Positions 47,453-61,499 are shown, counted from the stretch's first letter. The stretch is 64,000 nt of DNA from Centroscyllium fabricii (GCA_051313645.2 JBNRSN020000011.1:64480001-64544000); one strand, 5' to 3'. The notes: generated by a model from the sequence alone, not told the origin. Numbers and translations are program-made.

Positions 47453-50413
47453 TGATGCCCAATCACTGGTAATGGTATGTGGGGAATTATGCAGACAAAT
47501 GTCTTAAAACTCATTACCCCAGCAAAGCAAAACTTGTACGGTGCACCATTTCAGTGCATTTAATGACCTGTAACCGCAGAGCTTTTACTATTGAACTTCA
47601 AAAATATTTTTTTTCTTTTTTCTCCGCCCCCCCCACCCTCCTTTCCTGGAGGAGTTGAGTTGTGTTGGAATCCCGTTCTGTGAGGACCTCCTGGTACATC
47701 ATCCAAGTGGCTATTCTTTGTATGTGTGACCCCAGATTGAGAGTGTCAGCAGGCTAATTGACCGTGTATGGCATCCCAGGAGAGGCTGATGCTGCCCTCA
47801 ACTGATGTGCTCATATGTCACTGGGTAGTGATTAGAAGTTGGTACCCTGGCTGACACTTTTCATCATTAGCTCAAAGGTGCTGAGGCCACTAGTAGTGGT
47901 CCAACTGCTACCACAGCTGAGATTGAACACCAGTTAGCTTGGAATGCTCATTTTGCACCAGAATTAACGTGAGTGGGAATCTTTCGTTTGTCTTGAAACC
48001 TGAATGACCTGTGCAAATATCAACATTCATGTCAACAAAATGTCTACTATTATTAAAATGAACGCAAACCGTGGATACTGTGTATGTTGCTATAATGGTC
48101 AGTGCTCTTAAATGTGAAAGAATCATACAAATAGGTTATTAGGTCCATCAATTCTGTGCCAGTGTTTTTCTCCCTAAGCCACCTAGTATAATCCCATGTT
48201 TCCCATACTCTTCAAATTTCTCTCTTGTAAGCAACATTTAATTTCCTTTAAAAGAATTTGAGAATTCTGATGAAGTTTCACTGGAAGGAACATGGAAATA
48301 TCCAAGTACAACAGGATCTTAAACACAGCCTCCCGGACAAGGGAGAAGGATGGGAAAATCGGTCTTGTAAATGATAACTTAAAAAAAAAATCTTTCCCAT
48401 CCAAGAGGAATGGCCGCTTTCTTAGGCTCTCTTTAAAAGCGGCTTCCAAAACTGCACATTAGTCGTCAAATACAAGGAGTAGTGGAACCTCAATTAATCC
48501 CTAAAATGGATGGGGCGTTCGACAGAAAATAGAACTGAGTGAGTAAAATTTAAGAAGGAGTGCGTAGTTGAGTTCCACTATCGGGTTTATTAAAAAAAAA
48601 TCTTACAGAAACCTACATTTTGAGGCTTTTTTGCAGCTGAAAATTTGTTTCCCTCCTTCCTCACCATAAAGTTCCACAAATAAAACTATGGGAATCTAAC
48701 AGAAATTTGACACATGTGTTAAACGATGCTTATTTAGTAAATAAAGGAATCCTTTTAGTTTTTAGAACTGGAAAGACAATATATGAACTCCCAGCACAGT
48801 CAGATTAAAGGTCATGCGTTCTGTACAGGTTCCTAGGTGGTTCTAGATTTAATCCAGCAGACCTCCGAAGTAAGGCTGAGATATGTAAGATGTATGGAAC
48901 AGATGCACTGGGGTGTCAACAACCTAGGGTTTCCTTTCAGCTGTGGAGGAGCTGTACCAGTGTTTAGAGACAAGCCCTGGCAGTGATTCTCAAGTTTACC
49001 CATCCTGCCTTCCCTGGTTTACCCCAGTTTTAGCTGATGTTTCACACAGATAAGTATGTCAATTTAATACATTTGAGAAGTTTCTGGCCTTAATAGTTAC
49101 TGGAAAATGTTTGGCCTATTCAACCCTAATATTTCCAAACAATTCTTGATAAAAACAGTAAATTAGAACGACCCATCGGATTAGTCGTCTGCATGGTGAT
49201 GGCACGCGATGTGAAGACCGACCGGCCTCCTCTGAGCTTTGGGTGATAGTGTTGTTTTATCAGCACAAAGCAACAACTGGTTGAAGAGACACAGTCCAGA
49301 GCTTGATTTCCCCCCCACCCCCTGCCTCCACTAGTTTAAAATATTGCTAACGGAGCAAGAAATCCACCCCCACCCCCCTCCCAACTTTGAGCTAAAATGA
49401 GTGTTTGTTTGATTTTTCACAGCAGCAGAGCTGTGCGTAGCTGCTGCCCAGTGCGAGCTGCCTTTTGTTTGTAGAATGTTGCTCATGGTGTGCTCCCAGG
49501 ATGACATAGCCACGTGTAATAGGGGCCAGCACTCTGATCTGCCTTTGTGTTAGCTTGGGGGCAGCTATTGCTGGCTCCGTTGCACCCTGAGGTGTCTGAC
49601 CCTCGCTGGGGGGGAGAAAGGGTAGGGTTTTGGAGGGTGGGGTCAGCAGCCTTTCCTAGGGTAAAAGACCTAATAACAAATTTGTAGCTTTTGATGGTGT
49701 TCGGGCCTCAGTCCAGCTTCTTTCCACAATCTCTGTTTCTAAAGGACAAAAGGAAGACAAAAGAGGGAAATTTGCAATTCGTATCGGGGGCTGCAGCATG
49801 ACTTGCTTTGTGAACCACAAAAAAAAACTCCAGTTATTTGGGCTCTTCTATTCAAACAGGGCATCTGTCCCTTATGTGCTCTTGGTGAAACATCGTAAAC
49901 TCTATCCTTGCTTTCTGAAGTGGTGTTGTATCTGGATTTATTTGCTTTTTTTGGAATTTAGAATGTTGGGGGAGGGTTAGTTAGCCATGACCCTGCTGAG
50001 ATTTCTAGCGAGCGCTCAGTGTTAAACCCTGATGCACAGTGGGGTGGAAGGGGGAAGTGAAGTGTAAGGCACTTTCCACCTCCAGAATTTCACAATCTTT
50101 ACTGAGATTGGATTTGTTTTGGCACTTGTAGAACATTCACTTGCTGAGCAGAGGAGAGAATGGCTTTAGCGAAGATTGCTGGATACTAAATATTAGGTTA
50201 TTAACCTAATATTTGTATTCAGTTATTTCATTGCAATAAGTATATCAGCACAATAAACCTAACCTTAAAGTGCATGTTGGTTTGTTATTAAGTGTACTTA
50301 ATTTTAACAAATGTGAGTTGGATTTAAAAAGCACTGTGGTTTGGCCTGTGTTTGCCACCAAAATACCAAATTTAGACTATCCAGGTGGAACCGAAACAAG
50401 TGTTGGCAGACAT

Positions 50414-50564
50414 AAAAACAGAAAATGCTGGAAATACTCAGCAGGTCAGGCAGCATCTGTAGAGAGAAGCAGTTTCTCTCCACAGATGCTGCCTGACCGG
50501 CTGAGTATTTCCAGCACTGTTTGTTTTCATTTCAGATTTCCAGCATCCGCAGCATTTTGCTTTT
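50414..50564. repeat. Palindromic short interspersed repeat (probably Penelope-derived)
   Basis: Arms 50414-50468 and 50474-50527 are near-perfect reverse complements; degraded relatives at about 29480, 45515 and 55655. Confidence 0.7.
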
Positions 50565-51599
50565 GTATAAGTGTCGGCAGACTGTTGACTATAGAAGATG
50601 TTGCAACTGAGGCTGATTCTGTCCTCGCCCAATCTTCACGTTCCAGCAGAGGATGGTGATCAGGAGTGGGAATCTTGGCTAAGGTCAACCCCCCATCCCT
50701 TCCCAGACTGTACGACAGAGGCCAGTTGCAGCGCCCCTACAGTCACCCCAGCTAAGATCAGCTAACTCCGCAGAGCCTGTGACCTTCCTCATCTGTGTGG
50801 CTCCATTCCACACCATGCAGGGCATCTACCTACTGAACCCTTCATAGGGTCCAACAGCTGACTCGTGAAAGGTGCTAAATAAATTAAAATGACGCACCCC
50901 TATGGTCTGTTTTCATAGACACCGTGGGCCTAAATATATTTGAGTTTTGAAACTTCTTGAGGAGTGACTTAAAAATGATCTGGCCTTTTGTGAAATTGTG
51001 GAGATTCTTTGCCATTCAGGTGGTTTCTTTGTTGGAAGCTAGGACTTCATTTTTAAAATCTCTTACTAACCTCCCCCTCCCCCCACCCGCAGAGCTGTGC
51101 CAGTTGCCAAGGATTTATCTTGCATTGCTGCCTGGTTTGTCAGCAACCACTAAATTATCACTTCAAAAGCTCTTCATCAGATCTTAACCAAACTTTTGTA
51201 AGTACCTTTCTCATAGTTCAGTACTGGCCTTGTGTTCTGTTTACATGTCTGTAGGAAGGGATGTTCCTCCTTCCCAGATTCTCGCCAGACCTGATAAATG
51301 ACTTCCTTTTGTCAGTTCTTTATGGAACTCATCTGGGACAGCATTGGTGTATCATCAGGCAGACTGCACCTGTATATATTGTACTTCAGCACAGATTCCC
51401 TCACCTCAGGCGAAACACAGAAATGTTTCATTTGTATTTGGTTTGTACCACAATTATAACTTGGAATGTAATTCTCACCTTGAAAATCATACATTGACCT
51501 GCAGCCACTCTAAATGTTATTGACATCTTAACTATTTCCTGAATGATTTCTACAAATTTTATCTGCATTTTTGACAGTTTAAAAATATAAGTTAACCAC

Positions 51600-53595
51600 T
51601 GCCTCACTGCCACCTTTGATGTTCTTGTGCCTTGGCTTCTTGTCTCTGCTACCAACCGTCTCCTTAAACGCCTCTTACAGCAACCCCCCCATCACCAATT
51701 GCGAGGAGTTCATGGATTTCTTTGTCACTAAGATTGAGACTCTGATCAGCTGCCACTGCTGCTTCCCGCCACTTCCATTTGCCTCCAACAACAACAACAG
51801 CAGCTTGTATTTATATAGTGCCTTTAATGTAGTGAAATGACCCAAGGCGCTTCACAGGAGCGTTATCAAACGTAACTTAACACCGAGTCACATAAGGAGA
51901 TATTAGGGTAGATGAGAGGTAGGTTTTAAGGATCGTCTTAAAGAAGGAAAGAAAGGCGGAGAGTGTTAGGGAGTGAATTCCAGAGCTTTAGGGCTTTGGC
52001 AGATGAAGGCACAGCCGCCAGTGGTGGAACTAAAGCTTCCCTTTGCCCGAGCCCAGATGCTGCATCCTTCTCGAGTTTCTTTCCAATCTCCCCTCATCTG
52101 GTCTCCGAGCTGATTCTGTCTTGAGTTCTACCTCCTGCTCCCTTGATCCCATTCCCACTAAACCACTGACCACTCAACTTCCCTTCTTGGGTCCCCATGC
52201 TAGCTGACATTGTAAATAGCTCCCTCTCTTTTAAAACAGCTGACCACCCCCCTTCAAAATACCTACTCTCAACTGCTTTATTATTGCAAACTAACACCCC
52301 ATCCCCAACCTCCCTTCTCCAAAGTTGTTGAATGTGTTGCCTTCCAAATCTATGTCCTCCTTTTCAGCAACTCCGTGTTTGAGTTTCTTCAGGTTTCTCC
52401 TCCTGCCACAGCACTGAAACCGTGCCGATCTAAGTCACAAATTACATCCTCTGTCACTGTGACCATGGTGCATGTTTGCTCCTTGACCACTCTGCAATCT
52501 TTGACATGGTCAGTCATGACCAATGCCTCTCCTCTGTTGTCCAACTTGGTTTCACTTCTACCTATCAAATCATAGCCAGTGCATCGCCAGCACCGGCATC
52601 TCTTCTGGCCCTTGCACTGTTGCCTCAAAGTCCCCAAGGATCTATCTTTGGCCCCCTCAACAACTTCATCTACATGCTACCCTAGTGACATCATCCGCAG
52701 ATACGAGGTTAGCTTCCACATGTACACGAATGACCCCGAGCTCTACCTGTTCACCACCTCTCTCAATCCTTCCACTGCCTCTCTGTAGTTTGATATCCAG
52801 TCCCAGATGAACTGCAAATTCCTCCAATTAAACATTGGGAAGACTGAAGACATCGTCTTTGACCCTCCTGCAAAAACTCGCTGCTCTTGCCACCAACTCC
52901 ACTTCCCTCCGCGGTCACTGTGTCCGGTTATATCAGACTGTTCACAGCCACGGCATTCTACTCGAGCTGAGCTTCCAACTCTCTCTTCTCCATCACAACA
53001 TTGCCCATCTGTTGCTGAAACTCTCGTCCATGCCTTGGTTGCCTCCAGACACAACTATGCCAATGCTCTCCTGTCAAGCCTCTCGTCCTCCATGCTCTGT
53101 AACTGTCAGCTCATACAAAACTCTGCCCGTATCCTGTGCCACTCACCCATCACTCCTACCTTTGCTGACCTACATTGGCAGCCAGCCCTCCAGCACCTCC
53201 AATATAAAATTCTCATGTGTTTATATATCCCTTCATGGCCTTCTCCCCCCCCCCCCCCCCCCAGCCGCCCTTCCTATCTCTGTAATCTCGTCCAACTTTG
53301 CACCCCCCTCCCTCCACCACCCCCAAGAACTCTCTGCTTCTCAGAGTCTGGCGCAGCCCTCTCTTTTTTATCGCCCAGCTATTGGCAGAAGTGTCTTCAG
53401 TGGTCAAGACTCATCCTCTGGAATTACCTCCCTGAACCCCTCCACATTCTTCTACTACTTAAAACCCACCTCTAAACAAGCTTTTCAACACCGCTCCTAA
53501 TACCTCCTTTGGTTGGGCGTCCAGTTATACCTTTGTGAAACAGCGTTGGACATCTTTCTATGTTAAAGGCGCTATATAAATGCACATTATTATTT
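51600..53595 (+). mobile_element. Degenerate L2 LINE (ORF2 RT to 3' tail), containing an inverted L2-like tail fragment at about 51786-52030
   Basis: LLDHSAIFDMVSH, PQGSIFGP, FHMYTNDPELY, FLQLNIGKTE, AETLVHALVASR; tail AAAGGCGCTATATAAATGCA. Confidence 0.85.
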
Positions 53596-53721
53596 GTTTC
53601 CGGGCGTGAAATGCGCAGATTAAATGCTTGCAAGTTTAAATAATGACACTTTTCTTTCAAAAGCTTTACCGGGTTGGGGTGTTTGTTTTTCAGGGTTTTC
53701 TGCAGGGCCTGTAAAGTAATA

Positions 53722-54412
53722 CAGGTTGTGCGCCGTTAATTCGGCACGGGCGGGACTAGGCCTGCGCCGGTATGCCGAAAAAACCGGGAGAATGAAGCCG
53801 GCCAGTGCGCGCACCATTCAAAATGGCCGCGCGCATGCACATAACATTGCAAATGGCCACCGCGAAGTTTTGAATGATCTGCGCATGCACCACCGAACGG
53901 CGAGCGCAAGCGCAGATCATGCGAAATGGCCATCTCAAAGTTGTACCCTCGATGTCGGGCATCTGCTCCTCATCCGACAGGTTGGTGAAGGCCTCCTCCT
54001 TATCTCCCAGCGACTCCGAGGTGCTGGAGCTCTCAGCCTCCCGAGTCCGAGTCACTGTTGAAGCCGCTGCTGCCTTCCATGGGGTCGGCGTCTCCTGAAG
54101 CCATCGGGATGGTGAGTGTGAATGTGCCGGGATCAAAGGCTGGACTGGGCTCTGCTGCTCTCTCTCGCCTGTCCTCTCCTGTCTGTCTGCTCGCCCCGAC
54201 TGCCCTGCGCATGCGCAAAATGGCCGCAGCGATTACGGCTTTGGCGAATGATCTGCTCGTGCACCGCCAAACGGCGAGCGCATGCGCAGATCATTTGCCA
54301 AAGCCTCGATCGCGGCGGCCACTTTGCGCATGCGCAAGGCAGTCAGAGCAATTTGTGCCGGACGACTGAAGTTGCCGGCTTTTCGGTTGACCGATTAACG
54401 GTGCTCAACCTG
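53722..54412. mobile_element. Tigger/pogo-like MITE, related subfamily
   Basis: TIRs CAGGTTG(T/A)GC(G/A)CCGTTAAT, left TA; subterminal sequences shared with the 42379 copy. Confidence 0.85.
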
Positions 54413-56303
54413 TGCTTTGTTCTAATTCAGTGTTAACATTTTACAACCATGCAAAAACAACAGACAGGAAAAGACTAGCTTGTACATTAAGCCTGTCTCT
54501 TACCATCATGGTGCAACTTTGGCATGCCATGACCCCCATCTGATTACCCACATAACAGCCATGCAATCTCCTGGGAGAGGCAAAAAAGTCATTGAAAAAA
54601 CCTCTAGGCCAATCTGGAGCGGGGGGGCTCGCACATTTTTCTGTTTTTTTTTTATGCTGACTAAATCAATCAGACCCCTCCTTTATTACAAAAATGTCTG
54701 CCTTGATGTTAATTTCGATGAACCTTGTGCTTTTTTTCTCTCTGGTAAATATGGTGAGCTCCCAATTTCCAGCTTGACCCAGGATGTACCTCGGCCCAAT
54801 TTGGAGCGATGAATAGAAAACGTGCACCATGGCATGGGTTCAGATCTGAAGCTAAATGTCCCATTATTCCTGTCGCCATGCACATTCCTTCAACCTGCTT
54901 TCTCTCGAGTGTGGATGATAACTGAAGTAACTTTCAATTTGGCTTTGGATTTTTTTTCCAGTCAGTACCTGCTTGCAAAAGAGCGAGATGGGAAAGAATT
55001 GTCAGAGCACTGTGCTAACCACTGCCTATCTGTTTGAGGTGATAATTTGGTGGTACAGTTTTCTGAGCATTAATACCTCATGGCGTGAAAGGGGAAAACT
55101 GCGGCACCAAATCATTGTAAACTCCAATACTGTATTTGGTTTCCTTGCATCGGCAAAGAGGAGCAAAAATACTGTACAAAATGAATGCTTTCTGTTTAAC
55201 GCAGAGGACCATTAACTTTGAGAAATCAGCAGCAGCATTTTGTCAGCAGATGCATTGCTGTTGACCTGTATTTGGGGAGGTGATTGAAAACTAGAAATGG
55301 CCATGTAGGATTGGATCTATTTATTAATTATAGAGGATACATTGACTTGCGATATATTCAGAGGAGAGAGAACATATAATCGTAAATGAAAAATTAAGCT
55401 GTGCAGCAAAATGATTTCTGAGCTGGTAGGTTTCTTCATTTTTATGTAGAAAACTCTTGTTAAGTGTTTTTCTTTTCTCAAGCTTATCTCAAAAAAAGAT
55501 GTAAATTGATAATCTTTGAGATGTTCCTTGATGCTGAGGACCAGGCCCTTGGAAAATTAAGTGGTTCCTTTGTATTCACAGTGAAGTGATGATGGAATTG
55601 TGGACAGGAAGCTTCCCTACCTATTAACAGTCTGGTAAATCGGAAGTGCTAAATAAAAGCAAAATAATGCAATAAAATGAGAAAAGAGGTTAATGTTTCA
55701 TGGGGAGACCCTTGTCAGAAATGGAAAGTCTTGGTGCTTTAATATTCTACATGGCTGCATAAAGTAATTTGATATTTTATGGAACAGCTCTTCAAAGGTT
55801 GAAATAAATTGTTGACTTGCTTAACCTACCCATGGGTTGCTGGTAAAGCAAGGAAGTTAACTTGTTGCTTGTATTTGCCTCCTGCTGCACACAGAATGAG
55901 GTTGGCTTGTGCAGCAGTACATAAGTGCATTTTTTGGTGCCAGGAGTATTTCAAGCCAGCAAAATGGAGGTGGCATTGTCATCCGAACCAAGTTAGCTGC
56001 AGGTGTATCTGTTGCCAACCGGATTCGGTGCATGGAATAAAAAGGTCATTGGTGACTTTTGCGCTTGTCTGCAGTTATTCTAATTTGGGTGTAATTACTT
56101 CTCATCTTTTACTGACTTTTTGCAGGGCTTTGATTTCTCTTTCCCACCACCTTGATTTTTCTCTTTCCTGAAGGTGCTGAAGTACATGGCTGCTGGACTC
56201 TGGTCCCTTGCCCAAATTTGCCTTCCTTCACATGTAGCTCTTGATGCCGAGTGCCAGAGGAATATTTAATTGGCGAGTGTAGCAATCTAACCAGATCCTG
56301 TCT

Positions 56304-57115
56304 GGGGGGGGGGGTTTCCTCGGGCCGTGAGGGCGCATTTCCGGCGGGGTGGGGCTTAAAATCCTGAAACTGGGGGGTCCCGACCCCTCCCGCCGGATCC
56401 CCACCGCTTTGCAGTTTTTGGCCGGCATGTCTAGCCAGCCCAAATCTTTCCCGCCCGCCACCGGCAGAGTTGATCGTTGTGCTCGTTAGGGGCCCTTAAT
56501 TGCCATGGGTAATCCCATTTTAAGGGCCCCTCGCGATTTTTGAGCCTTTCCCACCCATACCCCGCTATCCTGAAACCCCGCCGGTGAAACCTAGCGGGAT
56601 CACAGTCGGCTTGGTCACTTTCACCTTCAAGGCATTGAAGGACCTGTAGCAGAATGCCTTCCAGGCCTTTAACACCCTGGAGGTGTAAGTGACTCCCTTG
56701 TCTGAGGAGCAGCTGTGGAGAAAACCTTCCAGAAACTTACCTGACAGATGAATGGAAATGCTTCACAGAGAGACGGCCCCTAACTGTGAGCTTTCCAGCG
56801 AGTCCTTAGACCTGTCACTCAACCCACTTGGGCTTTCAGATTGGTTGCACTCCATTGTGATGTCACAATGCACTTTTTCCCATGAAACTAACATACAGTC
56901 CTTAGCCCTGTCAATCAAACCTTCGGCTGTTAACTGCAGCTCTGCCGTTTTCTGACTGGAATCTGTCAATTGGCAGGGGCTCTCACGTGGGCAATTAATT
57001 GGCCAATTAAGCCAAAATTGCGTGGGGCTCCCAGGCCCTTGAACATTCGTGTCAGAAACCTGATCTGCCCAAAACCCTCCAGCTTCCCACACCTTTGTGA
57101 AAATCCCCCCCCCCC
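56304..57115. mobile_element. Putative MITE with G11/C11 termini
   Basis: G11-TTTCC at the left end and GAAAAT-C11 at the right; interrupts an older interspersed repeat. Confidence 0.5.
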
Positions 57116-58763
57116 ATGTGTTCCCATGTGTACTTTTGAACAGGGGTCACTGCATAGTAATCAGGAGTGGGAATTTAGGCAGATCTTTCTTCTGTTGCAC
57201 GTCGTCTCCCGCTGCCCCCCTTCCCCCCCCCCCCCCCTCCAACCACGCCCTGGGGACATGGAGGCAGAAACTCAGTTAACTCAGCAGAGTGCAGGTATGG
57301 AAAATTGGGCATTTCTGCACTGTGTCGCTCACTCAGTCTCACATCCCAATGTGCCATTGAGGGAACGGTTTTGATGTTTTAAAAACTGATCTCTAGCTGT
57401 TGCAGGGGATCTTTGGCTCTCTGAATACAAATATTCCAGGGTTAGTTCATCGGGTCCATATCATTTAACGAGACCAAAGACTTATAAGCACAGATAGTCG
57501 TGTCATAAAGATGAGGCAATAGTTCAACTAGTTGGCAAAATTGCTTTCTTGATATTGGACATGATTCCACTCTTTGAATATTTTGGGAAGTCCGAGTGTC
57601 GACCCTTGCAGAGAGTGGGTGGTGTCACTGGATAGCTAGGAGGAGCACTATTCCCCCCCCCCGCCCCCAACCCTTTTGTCACTACAGCCAATTGTATCAT
57701 TCTCACTGCTGTCCAGGCTAAGATGAGCTCACTCAGCACATGAGGCATCAAATTTGAGACTTTCATGATCTGTACAGTTCACTACCACACCATATGTTGC
57801 ATTTACCCACTGAGCTATTGGGAAATCTGCAATCTGAATTATTGTGTGCAAGACATTGTTAATTATGTAAAATTCGCTTGGTTCTAAAGCTGGGGAATAA
57901 ATGTTTCGTGCAGGTTATAATTGCGGGAGGATTGTTTTGCTGAAGTTAATTATGTTTTAAGTCAACGCAAGTAGTTTGCTGCTGTCTACTGAATTGAAAT
58001 GCTTGTGTATACACAGGCTACCTCACAAGCTAGATGATGGGGGTGTGCCCCACTCTCATGACTGGCTTAAATTACAGGTGGGGTTCATACAAACACTGTA
58101 TTGTTGAAACAATGTGCATCTTTCACGAGTGTAGTTCTTAATTGTAATATTAGTCTTAAACATGCAGTAATCTGTACATTTGCCCTCCGTGCCCCTGAGC
58201 TAGGGAGGGGAAAAGTTGGCCACGGTTCTGGACCACAGACAGGACTGGCTTGGCTCTGCTTTCCCCATTGGACGAATATATTGGCACTTGTGCATAAAGA
58301 AGGTAATGTCTGCAAGGCCATGACTGCATGCCAGTGAGACAACCATACACTACCTTGCACAAAAGACACTCCGTGCATGCCAGTGTGTCGAGTAATGTTG
58401 GCCAGTACAGTTGACATCTGTTGATGCTGCAGCCTCTCTCTGGTCTGCCTGGATCTCTGTGTAGTACATCTGCATTGTTTTTTATAATCACTCTCTTCTT
58501 TCTCTTCCGCCCCCCCCCCCCCTTCCCCAAATAGCTAAAACCCTCTCTCAAAGGCATGGACTTATGATGGGGTGTGGTACCAGTAGCCCTCTGGTACCTC
58601 GCTTAAGTGGATATTCTTTTCTGCCAATTCCCATTTCCTCCTTGTCCCACCACCCAAAGGTTTGACTACTTGGAGGGATATAGTTCCATTGCAGCCCATT
58701 GCTTTCTGGTATTTCACCCAAAAGGCCTTTCTTGTGTGAGCTTAGATGGGTGAGTGTTGCCAG

Positions 58764-58935
58764 TAATGTTCCCTTTAAATTGTCTTTGTTGTGCGGGGCC
58801 TGTTTATTTCAGTTTATTACCTTTAAATTTCTGCGCATGTGCGGTATTTCAAATGGGAAAGCTTGTGAGCGGCCTGCGCAGTTCCTTGCCGATTACGGCG
58901 TGCCTGCACACGCGTGCAGCTTAGAGGGAACATTG
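58764..58935. mobile_element. Non-autonomous hAT MITE (172 bp)
   Basis: TIRs (T/C)AATGTTCCCT(T/C)TAA; perfect 8-bp TSD GTTGCCAG (58756-58763, 58936-58943). Confidence 0.9.
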
Positions 58936-61499
58936 GTTGCCAGGCCATTGGATTACAAGGGAACATCACAGCCAAACCCAACCCGGTCATTGCCGGAGAT
59001 CTATGCGTTAACTTCTGTAAGATGCTGCATAGCAGCCAGAAGAGTATAGTGAGGACAATTGGAGTGCCTCTACAGTCACCCCAGGTGAGAAAAGCCAATT
59101 TGGATTAGAAGTCAAGCCTGGGCCCTTGCTAGCATTATGGCTCTGCTGTTGATTGCATTAATCAGCTGACCTATTACATAGGGGAGCAACTTGACCATTC
59201 CTGATGTGTGAGCTTTGACCGTGATCATTGGCAGGTTATTCAACTGTGGGAGCCATCACAAGTGAGCCTGATCCTCCCCTCATTTGGTGTTCCCATATGT
59301 GCACCTGCCAGCAAGGTTGTTGGATAGCAAGCAGGAGGAATTATAGTTGGTCCCTAACCTAGGAATGTTCAGGACAATTGCACTCCCTACCATCACTTGG
59401 TCAAAATTGGCAGGCTGAGCAAGGACCGACTGAATTTGAACCACACAAACCAGCAAAATCCCAATACACATCGGGCAGTGCACGGAAAATCCCGGGTGGG
59501 GGTGAGTTGTTTATAAACAGTTGAACAAAGAAAGTGAACTCCAGGAGTATCCAGATGCTTCAGAAAATTCCATTAACATTTTAAATCTGCATTTAATTTC
59601 CTAAATATATACAGACCGCAGGTAATGGAGGATCCCAGCTGTGTGTTTCTTGTTAAACATATTCTTTCTTCAAGATTAATTTAGGTGCAAGGGGTACTGT
59701 GTATATGCACCTCGTACACAGTGTTGTCTGGCACAGGGATCCAGTGTGTCTCAGTAGTTTGAGAGCAGATGCCGTGCAGTTTGCTTTTTTTGTGTGTCGG
59801 GGTGGGAGGAGGAGGAGGAGGAGGAGGAGGAGGAGAGGAAGGGGACAGAAAGGGAAGAGGGGGGTTGTTATTTGGATGAATGATGATGCAGCCCTGGAGG
59901 ACGGGCACATGGAGGCAGTTCCAGGGAGGTGGTGAGTGTGAATCCGAGGCCAGCTTCCTGCTGCGGTAGGGCTGTCACCACGAGACAGTTCTGCAGCTTC
60001 ACAGCCCACGCGGGTTGTTCATTCCATCCTGCTGACACATGCAGCTACTTGGTACTCGATCTGTCATCTGGTTCTGCTCTTGCTAAAAGGGCATGAGCAG
60101 GGCCATAGGGGTTGCCAAGGGAATTAGACTGAACAGCACTTCACAATGTGTTTTATTTCAGCACCAGCTTTGTAACCTCGAGTGTTGTCGATAAAGTTGA
60201 AAGAATACCACCTTGTATCTTTAGAAAAATTTCTGCTTTGTTATTCAAGAGGAGCCAGACTTCGGAAGTTTTTTTTATGAGAAACAATTTTGAGGACTAA
60301 GAGCAATTTTCTTATAGTTTGGCGATATTTGCATGAAGTTGTAGTTTCCAAAATTTAATTTTTTTATATAAAACGCATTTGTTTTTCAAAGGGAGAGACA
60401 CCTGACTGATTCGCATCTGACTTGATATGTTTTGAATTTTTAAACAATTTACATTCTTTTTTAAATGACAGCAAATATATTTTCCCTTGATGCATATAAT
60501 TCCTGTCCTCTGTCCTCTCTGCCCGTCTGTCCTCCCCATCCCTTTGCTCTGTTCAGCTATGACAAAGTTGCATTATGCTGGTGTTTTGAGTTTCCCAGAC
60601 TTTTGTTGGGACTCTGCACCAAACTATAGCCAGTAGTGATGTACTTACCATTTATTTCATATTCTTGCTTTCCTGCTGGTTGTAGCATTTGACTATCTTA
60701 ATCTTGTTAAATTCCATAAAGTTGCATTTAATGTCAAGTTCTTTTGCCTCAGAGTAAGATCGAAATGGGTTTGCTATATTGTGTGATCTGTTGAATGTGT
60801 GGAGTTTGAAATTATGGATAAATAATTTTACTGAAGAACCAGTAAAATCTCAGCAGGGCTTAAATTACAACAATTGACAGGTATAAATGCTACAATGTGC
60901 AAGTTGGTGGACACCTTCCAGGCAGGGATATGAAAGAGAAGAATCTTCCTGTCCGTGCTCGTGGAGTTTCTGCACACTGACTCACTCTTGTATAATGAGC
61001 AGCTCTGTGGAGGGATAGTTTAAGCCCACAATTAGGCAGCGTATAGTTTCATCCAATCAATTGGGAAAGCTTCATAAATATTACTTTCTGAAAGCAGGCA
61101 CTCAAATTGGTCTCGTACAGAATCCTCATGATGAAGAATATTTCAACTGAAGTAGATTGTGGTGTGCATTACAGAGGTGTTCCATGTGGAGGTGACGTAG
61201 TGCGTAGAATACATGAACTTGTTAAGCACTGAGGTGAAATGCGGTTTCTCAAGACCCATTCCTCAGCCTGACTATATTGGCAGGCAGAAAGATTGATACC
61301 CCTGTGGAGTTGCACTGAAACAGATCTGATTTGCCTCAACTCCGATTGGGTCATAGAACCTCAGATGCTGTGAAGTGAGAGTTTTCATTGCAGCCAAAGT
61401 TATCTGTAGGTAAATGGACCATGTGGTATGGTAGTGAGTGTAGTGAGATGTCCCTCGGTATCTAATGGGGGCAGGGTGGTGGTGAAGAGAGATGATTCA

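Noticed and set aside
50188-50213. Small hairpin AAATATTAGGTTA-T-TAACCTAATATTT-like
   Set aside because: Short and AT-rich with no context suggesting function.
59876-59937. Possible alternative SSBP3 first exon (MNDDAALEDGHMEAVPGR then GTGAGT)
   Set aside because: Donor is phase 2 whereas intron 4 is phase 0; no other support.
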